DNA of 64,000 bases from Podarcis muralis (Eukaryota). Positions 24,450 through 36,353 of the stretch are shown piece after piece (the stretch's first letter is position 1; every line of letters starts with the position of its first letter). The position numbers were made by a program, and so were the translations under genes. The DNA is taken from contig NC_135657.1 in NCBI RefSeq assembly GCF_964188315.1, positions 62,806,001 to 62,870,000 of the forward strand. Direction: 5' to 3'. The notes under the pieces were generated by a model. The model searched no databases. It saw nothing but the letters and a program-made list of their open reading frames with translations, and was not told the DNA's origin.

Positions 24450-25329
24450 GTAGGGCGGTGCTTCTAGCAAATGTTTTCTGGCTGAGATGGGAAAAAAACT
24501 GTGGCTGTATGGTATCAGAATGGAAACAAATTCCTTTAAGGATGTTATCATAAACAAAGTTGAGATGGCTCAGTAGCCTTTTCAGGATAAGAGTGGGCTT
24601 CTGAAAGAAATCATGCTACCTCTCTTGTGCCTTCAGCTGTACAGGGAAATCGGGGCCACACAGACTGTTGAATACGGCCTTGGTTATTAGGCCAGGAAAT
24701 TTACTAGCATGGATTATTATTATTTTTACTGGCCTACTAAAAATTGTCTTCTACCAATTGGCTTGGTAGAGGAGAAACAGATCTCTCCATCCCTTCTATG
24801 ATAATTCACTTTTCTGAATGGATTTCTACATATATTTGCCTATATGGTTCCACTAGTGCAAAGGGAAGCACCAGCACAGACAGAATTTCCTTCTCTTCCC
24901 CTCCAGCACACACCCTGCACCATCTCCAAATCCAGTGCTTCTTTCCAGGGGGACGCGGGGGGGACGCATACCCCTGAATATTTTGTGAATCTTTGTACTT
25001 TTATCCATTTACTGTATTTATTTTTCCCGATTTGAACTATGAAATGATGATTTATTTATTTTTTGTCAAAATGAGAGTACCCCTAAACATTTTTTTAGAA
25101 AAAAAGCACTGCCTAAATCCCCATAGGGTCAGGGAAAACCTCCAGAACAGATTTAAGAGGGACATGTGTGCAGAAGGAGGGATGGGGGGAGACTGTTCCA
25201 TTGTGCGAGGGAAATTATTGTTCTAACAGAATGTTGACTTTAGTGCTATGTTGCATAAAACCTATAATATTGATATTGTGTGCAACTATTACTTTGTGAC
25301 TGTTCCCTCCTCTTTTTGTTATCAACTAG

Positions 25330-25455
25330 GTTTTGAGTGATGGACAGCTGGTTACTCATAATGGTACATCGAAGCCAGTCTTAACAGTGACACTTTGGGG
25401 CAGATGGTATGAGAAGGATCCTCCACATCCCTACATACTCAGTGGGGTTCCTTGA
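25330..25455 (+). CDS. VNN1: Vanin B terminal exon 7
   Basis: actag|GTT TTG...CCT TGA; VLSDGQLVTHNGTSKPVLTVTLWGRWYEKDPPHPYILSGVP*; the 7 exons total 1500 nt (499 aa), in frame, all introns GT-AG; AATAAA at 25622-25627. Confidence 0.94.
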   Translation, partial: VLSDGQLVTHNGTSKPVLTVTLWGRWYEKDPPHPYILSGVP

Positions 25456-27362
25456 GATGTTCTGAGCTGGACAGTTCACAACTGTGAAAGGACACAAATT
25501 GCTTTTTGTTGACTCTGACATGACTGGGCTGCTACAGCTTGCTGTGATGGTCACATAGATTATTTCGCTTAGTTGTTGATGGTCAAATCCCAAAGAACAC
25601 AAGTTCCTCAAAGATTGCATTAATAAAAGCCAAAGAATTAATTTTAGCTACTCATCTTTTATTCTTCTTCAAACGGGAACACTTTCTGAGTTTCCATTTT
25701 CTTATTCCTGAAATTCCCTGGGGTCCTCGGTTGTTCACTTCTATCACAGAACTAGGCCTCTGCACATTATGTGCACCATGAATATTCTGGGATAAAAAAT
25801 GGCTCCAGTGACAATCTTATTTTGATGACGTTAAGGTGATGCTGCACTTCACAGCTGCAACAGGGCATGGACTACGGCAAACATGGCTTTATACACCATG
25901 TAGTTAAAGCTCATTATTTCCCTCCAAGAGTTCTGGGTGTTGTACTTTAAGCATGGTAAGGGTGCTGGGAAATATAGCTTTGTGGTGGGCAAACTACAGT
26001 TCCCAGAATTCTGTGAGAAAAGTCATGTGCTTTAAACATACAGTGTATACACAGGATTTGCTGTATAACTGGCACTCTTGTTTTCCTCAAAATGGAGGAT
26101 AGATTTTAAACTGAAAGTCAGAAGAGAAATGTCAAGATAGGCAGCAGAACATGCTAAGAATCCTTCTGTGATCAGGATTCCTGTCTTATCAGAGTTCTCC
26201 AGTTGCAATGAGGATTTTACACTCTTAACATGGAAAGGAATGATGTAGCTTACACACAGAGGGACATTGCAAGTGTCCCACCCCAACCCCACACTTACCC
26301 TACAGGTGTTTGCCTCAAATGTATCTTGCTAGAAAACCGTGGGTGGCATCCAATCTTCCTTTTGTCTCCCCTCCCCTCCACTCAGATTTGCTCCAGAGGT
26401 TCCTCTGGCTCTCTGGAGCAGATCTGAGATGTGTGTAAAGATTTGGGGAAAGTCTGAACCACTTGTGCACAGATACTGTGGGTCACAATCCGATGCCCTA
26501 TGTGCCTTTCAAGTCAGCAGTGACATGATGATGAGGCTGCCTTCACACCACCCACTTCCGTCTATAAAATGGCTGCAAAAAATATTCCAAAAAAGGAAGT
26601 ATTGAAATATTATTGAATCATTTTATTTGGTCACCCTGATGCTGTAAAAAGGACTCAACACGCACACAGGAAGGAGAAAGCCTGACTTCTTTTAAGAATA
26701 TTTGCTCTCTGAATGGTTTGCGTATCAAATGAAAGTGTCAACATCAAATGCTATCTATATATCCCCTATCACTTCTCCAAAAGGAGTTCCATATGGTGTC
26801 ACAATGAATTATGAATGCAAGGATAAGTTACTATAGCTCTTCCCCGGCTGGAACAAATTGCTTTCTTCTTGTCAATATCTTCCCTTAACAACCTTTTGGT
26901 GTTGCTGGGGTAAACAAGAAGCACCTGCTTCTGCTTCAGGGACGGCAGCGCTCTCAAAATGGTTCTTAATCCTTCAGTGCTGAAATGAATGTCAAACCAT
27001 ATTAGCACTGCAAAGTGCAGCTCATCGTGTTAAGTGTCGTTTGGCCTGGAAAGGTTTGGGCATCAAAACACAACAATGATGAAATGCTTTTTAATTGCTT
27101 ACACAGCATTGCAAAACATTTTCAAGCTGGTAATATTTAAAGGCTAGTCTGCCCTGTGCTTGTAAAAGAGTTAATTAACTTTCTCGACAAGGGTGGTGCA
27201 TGAGTCAGAGTAACTACTGCAGAAGGACTTAAAATGAACAATGAGAAGCTGAGAGAGAAAGATTGAATTCCATGGGCTCTTACACGGTTTAAATGGGCTA
27301 TACCCTTTTCCAGACCAAATTGGAAAGTTCACTGCTACCGATGGGTTCACCTGCAACGGTGG

Positions 27363-27884
27363 TGTCAGGGGCTGGACTGAGGAGGAATGGTGGGGGATGC
27401 CACCCCTTCTCCTGAATCTTCCTGACCACAGGAGGACAGTATAGATTTAGAACAGTGGTTTGTAGAGGGGCATAGTTCAGAGGCTGCAAAGGGCAGAAGC
27501 TGGGAAATATTGGAAGAGGAATAGCAGGAAGAAGAAGAAGAAGCACCAGGGAAGAGACAGCTGACAGACTCGGTGTCCTTGAAAAGCATTCCTGACCCCC
27601 TCCCCCTCCCAGGACCAGGCGGGCATTGCAGGTAGTAGAACAAAGAGCTCAGAGGCAGAAAGCTCAGATTAGCCCATGAAGGGGTGATGCAGAATAGGGA
27701 CGATGTAGGGGGGTGGGACTTGAAGCAATGCCATCATGGCATAGAGACTACATCCCTTTCTCTCTCTCTGTGAATACTGAATAAATTACATGGTAAGGCC
27801 TCTTCACATTATCTGCTTTCTTTTGGCTGTCCCTGGGAGAGGGATAGTATTCCCTGAGCCTTGACAGGTGGTGGGACTGTTACA
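27363..27884 (+). mobile_element. Solo LTR (same family as 39883-40347)
   Basis: TGTCAGG...TGTTACA ends; shares tgtcaggg.ctgg...gaggaggaatggtgg and aaagcattcc.gaccc with the 39883 copy; AATAAA near 27780; TSD only approximate. Confidence 0.65.
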
Positions 27885-28632
27885 ATGGCTCACCTTTGAT
27901 AACTGATGAAATCAATTTATTTGCAGGATTGCCCTACCCCAAATGTGCCCACACAACTGCTTCAATCTGCAGATCTGGTACTGTTACAGGTGCCACATAA
28001 TACTTGTTCCACGTTTATAATAAATTGATATTTTAGTGCCGCATCACCCACGCTTCAGAACACCCAGCCAATTGGCATCAGTGAGGTGTCTTCACTTGCT
28101 AAAAACATTTAGGCAAGCCTTTCCAGGTATGCAGAATGTTGGCATTCAAAATTAAAGCTTTTCCAAATGTCGTGATGCAGTTCTCCAAACAACGATTACA
28201 AAAATGCATAGGTTAGAGGGAAGTGTGCATAAAATGAAGTTATGGGTGAAAATAACATATGGAAGTTAATTCTCTGGGACAAATTGCTTGCAAAAAAATG
28301 TGTGCATTAGTCAAAACCACATTCAAAAATGTTTTAAGAATTTGCAAAGGCTGAACAATTTTCATGGCTTTTTTTAATAGAATAATTGCAGGAATGTGAA
28401 GAAGTGAATTTCAGATTGGAAAAATGAGAAACTGAGACACTGAAACTGACAGATCCATCTTTACTGTTAATCCCCTTGGCAGATGAACAGTGTGGTTTTT
28501 GTGGAACCTCACCAGCTGACGACTCCTAGCACTGGACTTAGCACAGCGTACATCCCCCCCCCCAAAAAAAACCCCTTTGTTTGTGAAATCAACACAGGGG
28601 CCTTATCTGCTGGTAGGGGTGTGAAGTAAAGA

Positions 28633-28956
28633 GTGGCGCTGTGGTCTAAACCACTGAGCCTCTTGGGCTTGCCACACAATGGGGTGGCCTCCTGCCAACC
28701 TAGCAGTTTAAAAGCACATCAGTGCAAGTGGATAAATAGGTACTGCTGTGGCAGGAAGGTAAACGGCATTTCTGTGCACTCTGGCTTCCGTCATGGTGTT
28801 CTGTTGCGCCAGAAGCAGTTTAGTCATGCTGGCCACATGACCCGGAAAGCTGTCTGTGGACAAACGCCAGCTCCCTTGGCCTGAAAAGCAAGATGAGCGT
28901 CGCAACCCCATAGTTGCCTTTGACTGGACTTAACCGTCCAGGGGTCCTTTACCTTT
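28633..28956 (+). mobile_element. Sauria SINE
   Basis: gtggcgctgtggtctaaacc head through gactggacttaaccgtccaggggtcctttacc tail, with an internal deletion. Confidence 0.85.
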
Positions 28957-28981
28957 TCACCTCAGCCCTGATTGCCCATTC

Positions 28982-29243
28982 AGAAGGAAGAAGAAGAAGA
29001 AGAAGAGTTTGGATTTGATATCCCGCCTTTCACTCCCCTTCAGGAGTCTCAAAGCGGCTAAGATTCTCTTTTCCCTTCCTCCCCCACAACAAACACTCTG
29101 TGAGGTGAGTGGGGCTGAGAGACTTCAAAGAAGTGTGACTAGCCCAAGGTCACCCAGCAGCTGCATGTGGAGGAGCGGAGATGCGAACCCAGTTCCCCAG
29201 ATTACGAGACTACCGCTCTTAACCACTACACCACAATGGCTCT
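28982..29243 (-). mobile_element. Young tRNA-derived SINE with (CTT)n tail (Squam3-like)
   Basis: Near-identical reverse complement of 53476-53729; both produce the same 'MDLISRLSLP...' spurious ORF. Confidence 0.85.
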
Positions 29244-29810
29244 ACACTGGAAGACAGAAAGAAGACAGGAATAATTATTTTGGTGATGGGACATAAGTTA
29301 AAGTGCTACATAGACATTTTGGGCATTTCTGTAATTTTACCCCTAATTTCCTGACTCTCTGAGACAGGGAGTAAGTCTGCAATCCTATACCCATTCATGT
29401 GAGAGTAAGTCCTATATAGACTTGCACAGAGTTGCACTGTGACTTCCCTTTTTGCCATTGGGAAAAGTAGACTTGGTGGATGAGTGGGAGTCAGAATCAA
29501 TTGGGACTTGGAGCATTGCAGAGGGATTGTGGTGGACCTTCAAAAGAATGTGGTACCGGAGTAACGATTTGAGGAAGGGCATTACATGTCTTAGCAATGA
29601 GAGAGTGAATGGCTTTGGCAGCAGGGTATGAGGTGGAAGTGAAAGGAAAGTGATGTGGTAAGGAAGGTCCAAAGAGAAGGTGGCAGAAGAAAGCAAGGTG
29701 GAAAACAATCACAACACGAACTAGAGGTTAGGTTGGAAGGGGCACAATTTTGCAACAGGAGAAATGGCATGGCTGAGCTTTTTGTTTTTGTTTTGTTTTT
29801 TTGTTTACCT

Positions 29811-30317
29811 ATGAAGGTGACCCGGAAACTGCAATTAATCCAGAATGCAGCAGCTAGACTGGTGATTGGGAGTGGCTGGGACCACATAACACTGGTCCTG
29901 AGAGATCTGCATTGGCTCCCAGTACGTTTCCGAGCACAATTCAAAGTGTTGGTGCTGACCTTTAAAGCCCTAAACGGCCTCGGTCCTGTATACCTGAAGG
30001 AGCGTCTCCACCCCCATCATTCAGCCTGGACACTGAGGTCCAGCGCCAAGGGCCTTCTGGTGGTTCCCTCATTGTGAGAAGTGAGGTTACAGGGAACCAG
30101 GCAGAGGGCCTTCTTGGTAGTGGCACCCACCCTGTGGAACACCCTCCCTTCAGATGTGAAGGAAATAAGCAGTTACCCTATCTTTAAAAGACATCTGAAG
30201 GCAGCCCTGTTTAGGGAAGTTTTTAATATTTAATGCTGTACTGTTTTTAACATTTGATTGGGAGCCGCCCAGAGTGGCTGGGGAAACTCAGCCAGATGGA
30301 TGGGGTATAAATAATAA

Positions 30318-30362
<45 letters not shown>
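29811..30362 (+). mobile_element. L2 LINE 3' fragment
   Basis: ORF 29655-30077 contains the L2 RT C-terminus KLQLIQNAAARLV...HITLVLRDLHWLPVRFRAQFKVLVLTFKALNGLGP; (ATT)n tail. Confidence 0.9.
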
Positions 30363-30364
<2 letters not shown>

Positions 30365-33300
30365 GGGGCAGGGGGAAATGAAGCATAAACAGGGGTGTGA
30401 AATTTTGGTTTGGGAGACCAATAGTCAGAAGTATTTTTTAAAAGATAATGGAGACTGAAGGTAGACATTCTCTACCCTCATCCTTCTCTCACGGATGGAG
30501 CATCTCCATCCCCATCATTCAGCCCGGACACTGAGGTACAGCTCTGAGGGCCTTCTGGCGGTTCCCTCACTGCGAGAAGTGAGGTTCCAGGGAACCAGGC
30601 AGAGGGCCTTCTCGGTAGTGGCGCCCACCCTGTGGAACGCCCTCCCATTAGATGTCAAAGAAATAAACAACTATCTGGCTTTTAGAAGACATCTTAAGGC
30701 AATCCTGTTTAGGGAAGTTTTTAATGTTTGATGTTTTATCATGTTTTTAATATTCTGTTGGGAGCCGCCCAGTATGCCTGGGGCAACCCAGCCAGATGAT
30801 GATGATGATTATTATAGCACAAAAGCAAAGGTAACCATGTCCAGTAATCTAAATTGGAGATGAGGAAGTGGCATCCAGGTTAGCTGACACTGGAGCTAAG
30901 GATGCAGTCGGCATTTAGTTATAGTCTGAACAGAGCTTCCTTCAAATGCCTGCTCGTATTTTCCAGAATTGGTACTTTCCACAACTGGTGCTTTCCGTGG
31001 TTTCACAGGTGGGTTGATAGTACTGCTGCTGTGCTTGAAACACACTCACATTTTGCTGTCCAGGAAAACTATAAAAAACACACACAACCAAACCAGTTCT
31101 GTAGGTTTTCCATGTGATTAATATTTAGCTAGGGAAAGGTAAACTGTGGGACAACTCTAAAAATAAAGGGTGATAAAAAGTTTTACACTGAATTTTAATG
31201 TAATGAAAAAGTAGATTTCCAAGATGATGCTGACAACTTTTCTTGCTTTGTTATCAGCTGATATAATAACATGTGGAACACAGGTAAATTAAGTTGTTAT
31301 AACTATTATTAATGTCATATGTGTCTATGTCATGTTCAGGTAGAAGAAATGTACATTAAGTTGTCATAACCGTTTAGCATGCTATATATATTCATTTCAT
31401 AATATAAGCCCTTTGCCCTTCTCTGCACTGCAAATTGGTGGCAGGAAATATTTTTCATCTGCTTATCTTGTTTGAATATTTAATGTCTGCGTCATCATGT
31501 GGGTTGAGACTTTGCATTAGGCTGTGAACGAAAGTCAGACTTGAATGGACACAGCTTCATCAACTTGGATTTGCATGAACTGATAAGCCAAGAATAAGGC
31601 TTGCATCTGTGGCGATTTGGACCTTTGATGGTGGATTGATGCTACAGATGCTTGCACCCTTGGAGTCTATCTTTCTTTGAGGTGAGTTTAATTTATTATT
31701 TGGGGATTCTGGTGGAGATTTTGTGAAGACGTTGGTCTAAAGACAGTAAAGAGTTTCCTCCTCCTTCAATTATTCTGCCCTGGTTAGCAGAAACTACAGG
31801 AGGGGAGGGGGAAATCTAAAAACCCTGTCCAGTACAGTAGCTGGACAAACTTTGAATTAAAGCACAGTGCTCTTCTCAAGAACTCTGAGAATATACACTG
31901 AACTCTTTGCCTTCTTTTGGGAAGATTTCCTATAGCCAGAAGAGAATAAAATAACTCTGAATCCACACGCAAGATTTTGGATGTTTTTAAAAAACAAAAC
32001 AGGAACTAAATCTCTTTCTCTCATCATTTCAATGTTATGCATATTTATCGCAAATATAAGATGCTAGTTATAGTTGGCAACTCACTAAAGTGACATTTAG
32101 TCAATGGGCATCTTGTTTTAATTGGTTTATTTTAGTTGGAATAAAAGTTATATTTAATTTATGCCTGAAAATATTGCAGTAGAAGTGAGATACTCTGAAC
32201 TGTCTGGGTTTTTTTGTTTGTTTAGCATATAAATCTTTGCATTAAATAAAGTATCTCGGTTTTGAAATCATTATGCTGCTTATATTTGAAGACACATAAC
32301 AGTTTCCCTTGCTTAGGAAATGCTGAAAGACAATGTATTATGTGGAAAACATGTGAAACATGGCTAGTCTGAAGAGATATACATAAATTGTTTCCTGCGA
32401 TGACCTCAGAATTACAATATTTTCATCAGAGATAGCCCTGATTAAAAACAAGTTAACTAGACATTAAAAGAAAACCACCTTTTGCAGTCGGTGGATTGAT
32501 CACATGAGGTGAGGTGCATATCCTAAAATGCCAGTTGCCCTAACACAAAGAGCGTTCCTTTACCAAGAAAATTGTTCCCTTGTGTATTGCATGTTTAAAT
32601 ATATTTTCACACTAAATAAAAGATGCTTTAGTGCATACTACTGTTTTCACAAGCAGTCCTGCACTCCTGTTTCTGAGAACTCCTGAGATGAAGAAAATTT
32701 GCTTGTAGCCTGTGCTTTCCATGGGAATAAATGAGGTGCCAGTACTCATGTTTCAATAAACATGCTGTGGGTGCCAGCACACAGTGGTTGCCACAGGTAG
32801 CAAAAAAAAGAGGAAATGGTATTCTGTACTGGTGAGTATGGTAATAAAAAGCACTGCTTATAACTATGGTTGCAGTTCCAACCGTGTCTACTCAGTAAGT
32901 CCCATTGAATTCAGTGGGGCCTACGCCCAGGAAGGTGGGGTTACGATTCCAGCCTAAGAAACTTGACTGTGGGGGAAGTTCCAGTCATTTATCCGAATTC
33001 CACCACCCCACACATTACTTCATCTGTGCCCCACTTTCCCATCTGCCCCTGAGCTGTTGCCACAGGCTAAAAGCATGAGATAGGACCAGGCCTGCTTCTG
33101 CTCTTCCAAACTTTGAGGAGGAAAGAGGTAAAGAATATTTTCCTGTTCTAACCCAGGAACTGTGATTGGGTGGTGCTGTTTAGTTGTCTTCCCTCCCACC
33201 AACAGAACTGAATTCGTATTCACAGAATAGGGTTTTCTCATAGGTCTCCTAAGAATGTGCTTCTGAAAACTGGGGGGCCCTTGGAAAAGGGTGCAGTGTG

Positions 33301-33731
33301 GAGGGCCGCAGGGGGGAGGGGGACCACAGAAGTTTCCCCATCGTATGAATGGAACAGAAATTACAGGCTGAAATTATCCAATGATTTGCTAGTCCAGCAT
33401 GCCTTTCTTCTTCTTGTGTCACAAGATGGATAAATAGATTCCACTTTTACAATGCTGATCTATTTCCTCACCTACTGGAGTTCCTTATTCCCCATAAGCA
33501 CCAGGTACTTTCTTAGTGCATGTTTCAATCTACATTTATTAAAGTAATGTGAAATATTTTCATTAGCCATGCAAAATCTCACGCTGTGCGTCTAACATTC
33601 TGCCTTTCCAAAATTCTTTACAGAACTAAGAGTCAGAAAAACTAAACAAGTTTTTTGGGTCTCTCTCTCTCTCCTTTAAAGAAACTCCATGGGAAATACA
33701 GGCACACTCAATTCCAAGCTGTTTACATTCC

Positions 33732-33827
33732 TAAACAGTAGCACTCACTTTTCTGGGACTATAAACAGTAGCACTCACTTTTCTGGGACTATAAACAGTA
33801 GCACTCACTTTTCTGGGATTATAAACA
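33732..33827. repeat. 30-bp minisatellite, ~3.2 copies
   Basis: Unit taaacagtagcactcacttttctgggacta; one mismatch in the third copy. Confidence 0.95.
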
Positions 33828-34443
33828 AAGCAAATGCAACATGTGAACAACTTGGGTGAAATCTAAGAATGAGCATCCACTTTATGTTTGAAACCAAGGG
33901 AAGATGATGAGGAAAAAGCATTTTTTGGCTTGGCTCCTGCATCCTGTTATAGGCTTGCTTGCAGAGCTTAGGAAAGAGGCTTACACATTCCATTTACACA
34001 ACATCCGCAATGAAATTGTTAATGCGGGGCAACAGCAAACCCAGCCGATGAGTATTGGCAGGACTGTAGCCCAAGTGGGGCCATTGAGTAACAGGAGAGG
34101 TATCAACATGCTCAGGGGAGCCCTGAAGTTTGCAGAAGTAGGAGTAGTTCTTGGGACAGGGGACCTAAGGTGTGGCACCTCCCTCTCAGGGGTGGGGGGA
34201 CAATGCAACCCATTGAAGTCTGAGCACATTTAGAGGCTACAGAATCTTAAGTGTATATTGGGAGAAGGGCAGGAAATGGGGAAGGGGAATGCAGTGTCCC
34301 CAAAGAGCTGGAACGGGGAGCATTTAGTTGGCTTTAAAAAAGGATTAGATAAATTCACAGAGTACAAAGCTATCAATGACTACAGGCTGTGATGACTATA
34401 TTCTACCTTCACTATTGGAGACATTATGGCTCTGGATACCATT

Positions 34444-34611
34444 NNNNNNNNNNNNNNNNNNNNNNNNNNNNNNNNNNNNNNNNNNNNNNNNNNNNNNNNN
34501 NNNNNNNNNNNNNNNNNNNNNNNNNNNNNNNNNNNNNNNNNNNNNNNNNNNNNNNNNNNNNNNNNNNNNNNNNNNNNNNNNNNNNNNNNNNNNNNNNNNN
34601 NNNNNNNNNNN
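34444..34611. other. Assembly gap (168 N)
   Basis: Run of N; preceded by CR1-like 3' sequence (about 34320-34440). Confidence 1.
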
Positions 34612-36312
34612 CCGCCCCTCATCCATAGATCTCAGGGCAGTTCACAATATTACAATATAAAAAACACAAAATACACAATAGAAATAAGAACAAAAGCACA
34701 CACTAATAATCCTCCCTCTGACTGATGTCAATCAGTGGTTAGCCAATGTGAGAAGGGGTTGCTTCATCCCTCTAGGGCACGTTCTATGTTCTTATGTTCA
34801 TTCTGTACAGCAACATTTTGCTAGATATATAATATACAGTGGTACCTTGGTTTACAAACAGTCCTGTTTACTAACTATTCGGTTTATGAACTCCGCAGAA
34901 CTGGAAGTAGTGTCTTGGTTTGCGAACTTTACCTCGGTCTAAGAATGGAAGCTGAACAGTGGAAGGGCACCGGCGGTGGGAGGCCTCATTAGGGAAAGCA
35001 TGCTTCGGTTTAAGAACAGACTTCCGGAACGGATTTAGTTTGCAAACCGAGGTATCACTGTATAGTTATATTGCTTTTTTGTAGAATCTGTTTTAAAAGA
35101 ACAGGGATTATATCCAACATGTTTATAGCAACGCACTGCTGGGGGGCAGGGGCGGGGAAGCCTTGCCGTTTCCACTGTAGAGCAAGCAATTAGTATTGTT
35201 CACCCATAGCTCTTAATATGTCTTGTAATATGTGCTTACCGTACACAGCAATTGTGTATCTAGTAGTTCTGCTTTTTCAGACAAATATTAGCAGATAGAT
35301 CTGCTGGATTACGCCTGTTTGCTCAACAAAGTAAGCAGAACTCAGCCACAGAGTGTTGCTTTCTGTACACAGTGACCGCTTTGAAAAAGAAGCACAAAAC
35401 AGAGCTCCGTTTGTGCCTTTTCTTCCCTTTACAGAGGCTTGCGCAAAAGGTTGGCTGCATGCGCTGTGCTGCGTGGCTCCTTTTGTTCCTAATGTGCCTA
35501 TAATGTTTAATTAAATAGTAGTAAGGATTTGCCTTTCCAGTGAGTGGAGTGGAAAAAGTTTATAGAACCATTTGCCTGGTCCTCTCTCTCTCTTAGCAGC
35601 TGCTTCCTGGACATACTGGCTTTTAATAAAGTACTCCATTCTGACTTCTAGAGGGCTTAAGAACAAGCATTGCGATGGGGTTTGTAAACGGGACTTGTAC
35701 CTTTTAGGAACAGCTTACAAGCTGGGTGGCTTCTCATCTAAAGATGTCTTGCAAGATAAAGAAAGCCCACTTCAAAGAAATGGGAAACTGAGGCTATGGC
35801 AGAGACCCAACATTTTAACAGAGAAGGTAGAAATTTGAGATAGTTTAAAAGCCTACTTTTGCAATTCTACAGCACCTTCCTCTTACTGTATAAAGAAAAT
35901 ACCTCCAAGATGGACTATGTTAAAGTATATATATTTTTTTTGGGGGGGGGGGAGAAAGAGCAAAATATATCCTCTTCCAGAAAATATCTCTCTTATTCAA
36001 GACACAGAGAAAGAGGCAGTTTCAAAAGCTGAGTCAGTGGATGATATCTAGCTAATGCAGCCCTATATCAGAAAGTTGTCGTTACAGGCAGCAACTGTGG
36101 TTTTAGGTGCATCCGATATGTGTGCGACCATGAACATGCGCATCTTGCTGAACCTGTAAGTGACCCAAATATACACAAAAAGGGGGAGAATGGGGCAGGC
36201 CAGGGGCAGAATGGGGTGTTTGCAGGCTTTTTCAATGGTGTTTCAAATATACGTGATTCCACCTAAATGTGTGGTATTTTGGAACGTAACCCCCATATAA
36301 ATTAGAAGTTGC

Positions 36313-36353
<41 letters not shown>

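Noticed and set aside
33732-33827. Regular 30-bp repeat as a possible CRISPR array
   Set aside because: No spacers, no cas genes, eukaryotic context.
33904-34233. Overlapping 109-aa (+) and 82-aa (-) ORFs, the latter hydrophobic
   Set aside because: No recognisable domain or supporting splice structure; length is within chance expectation.
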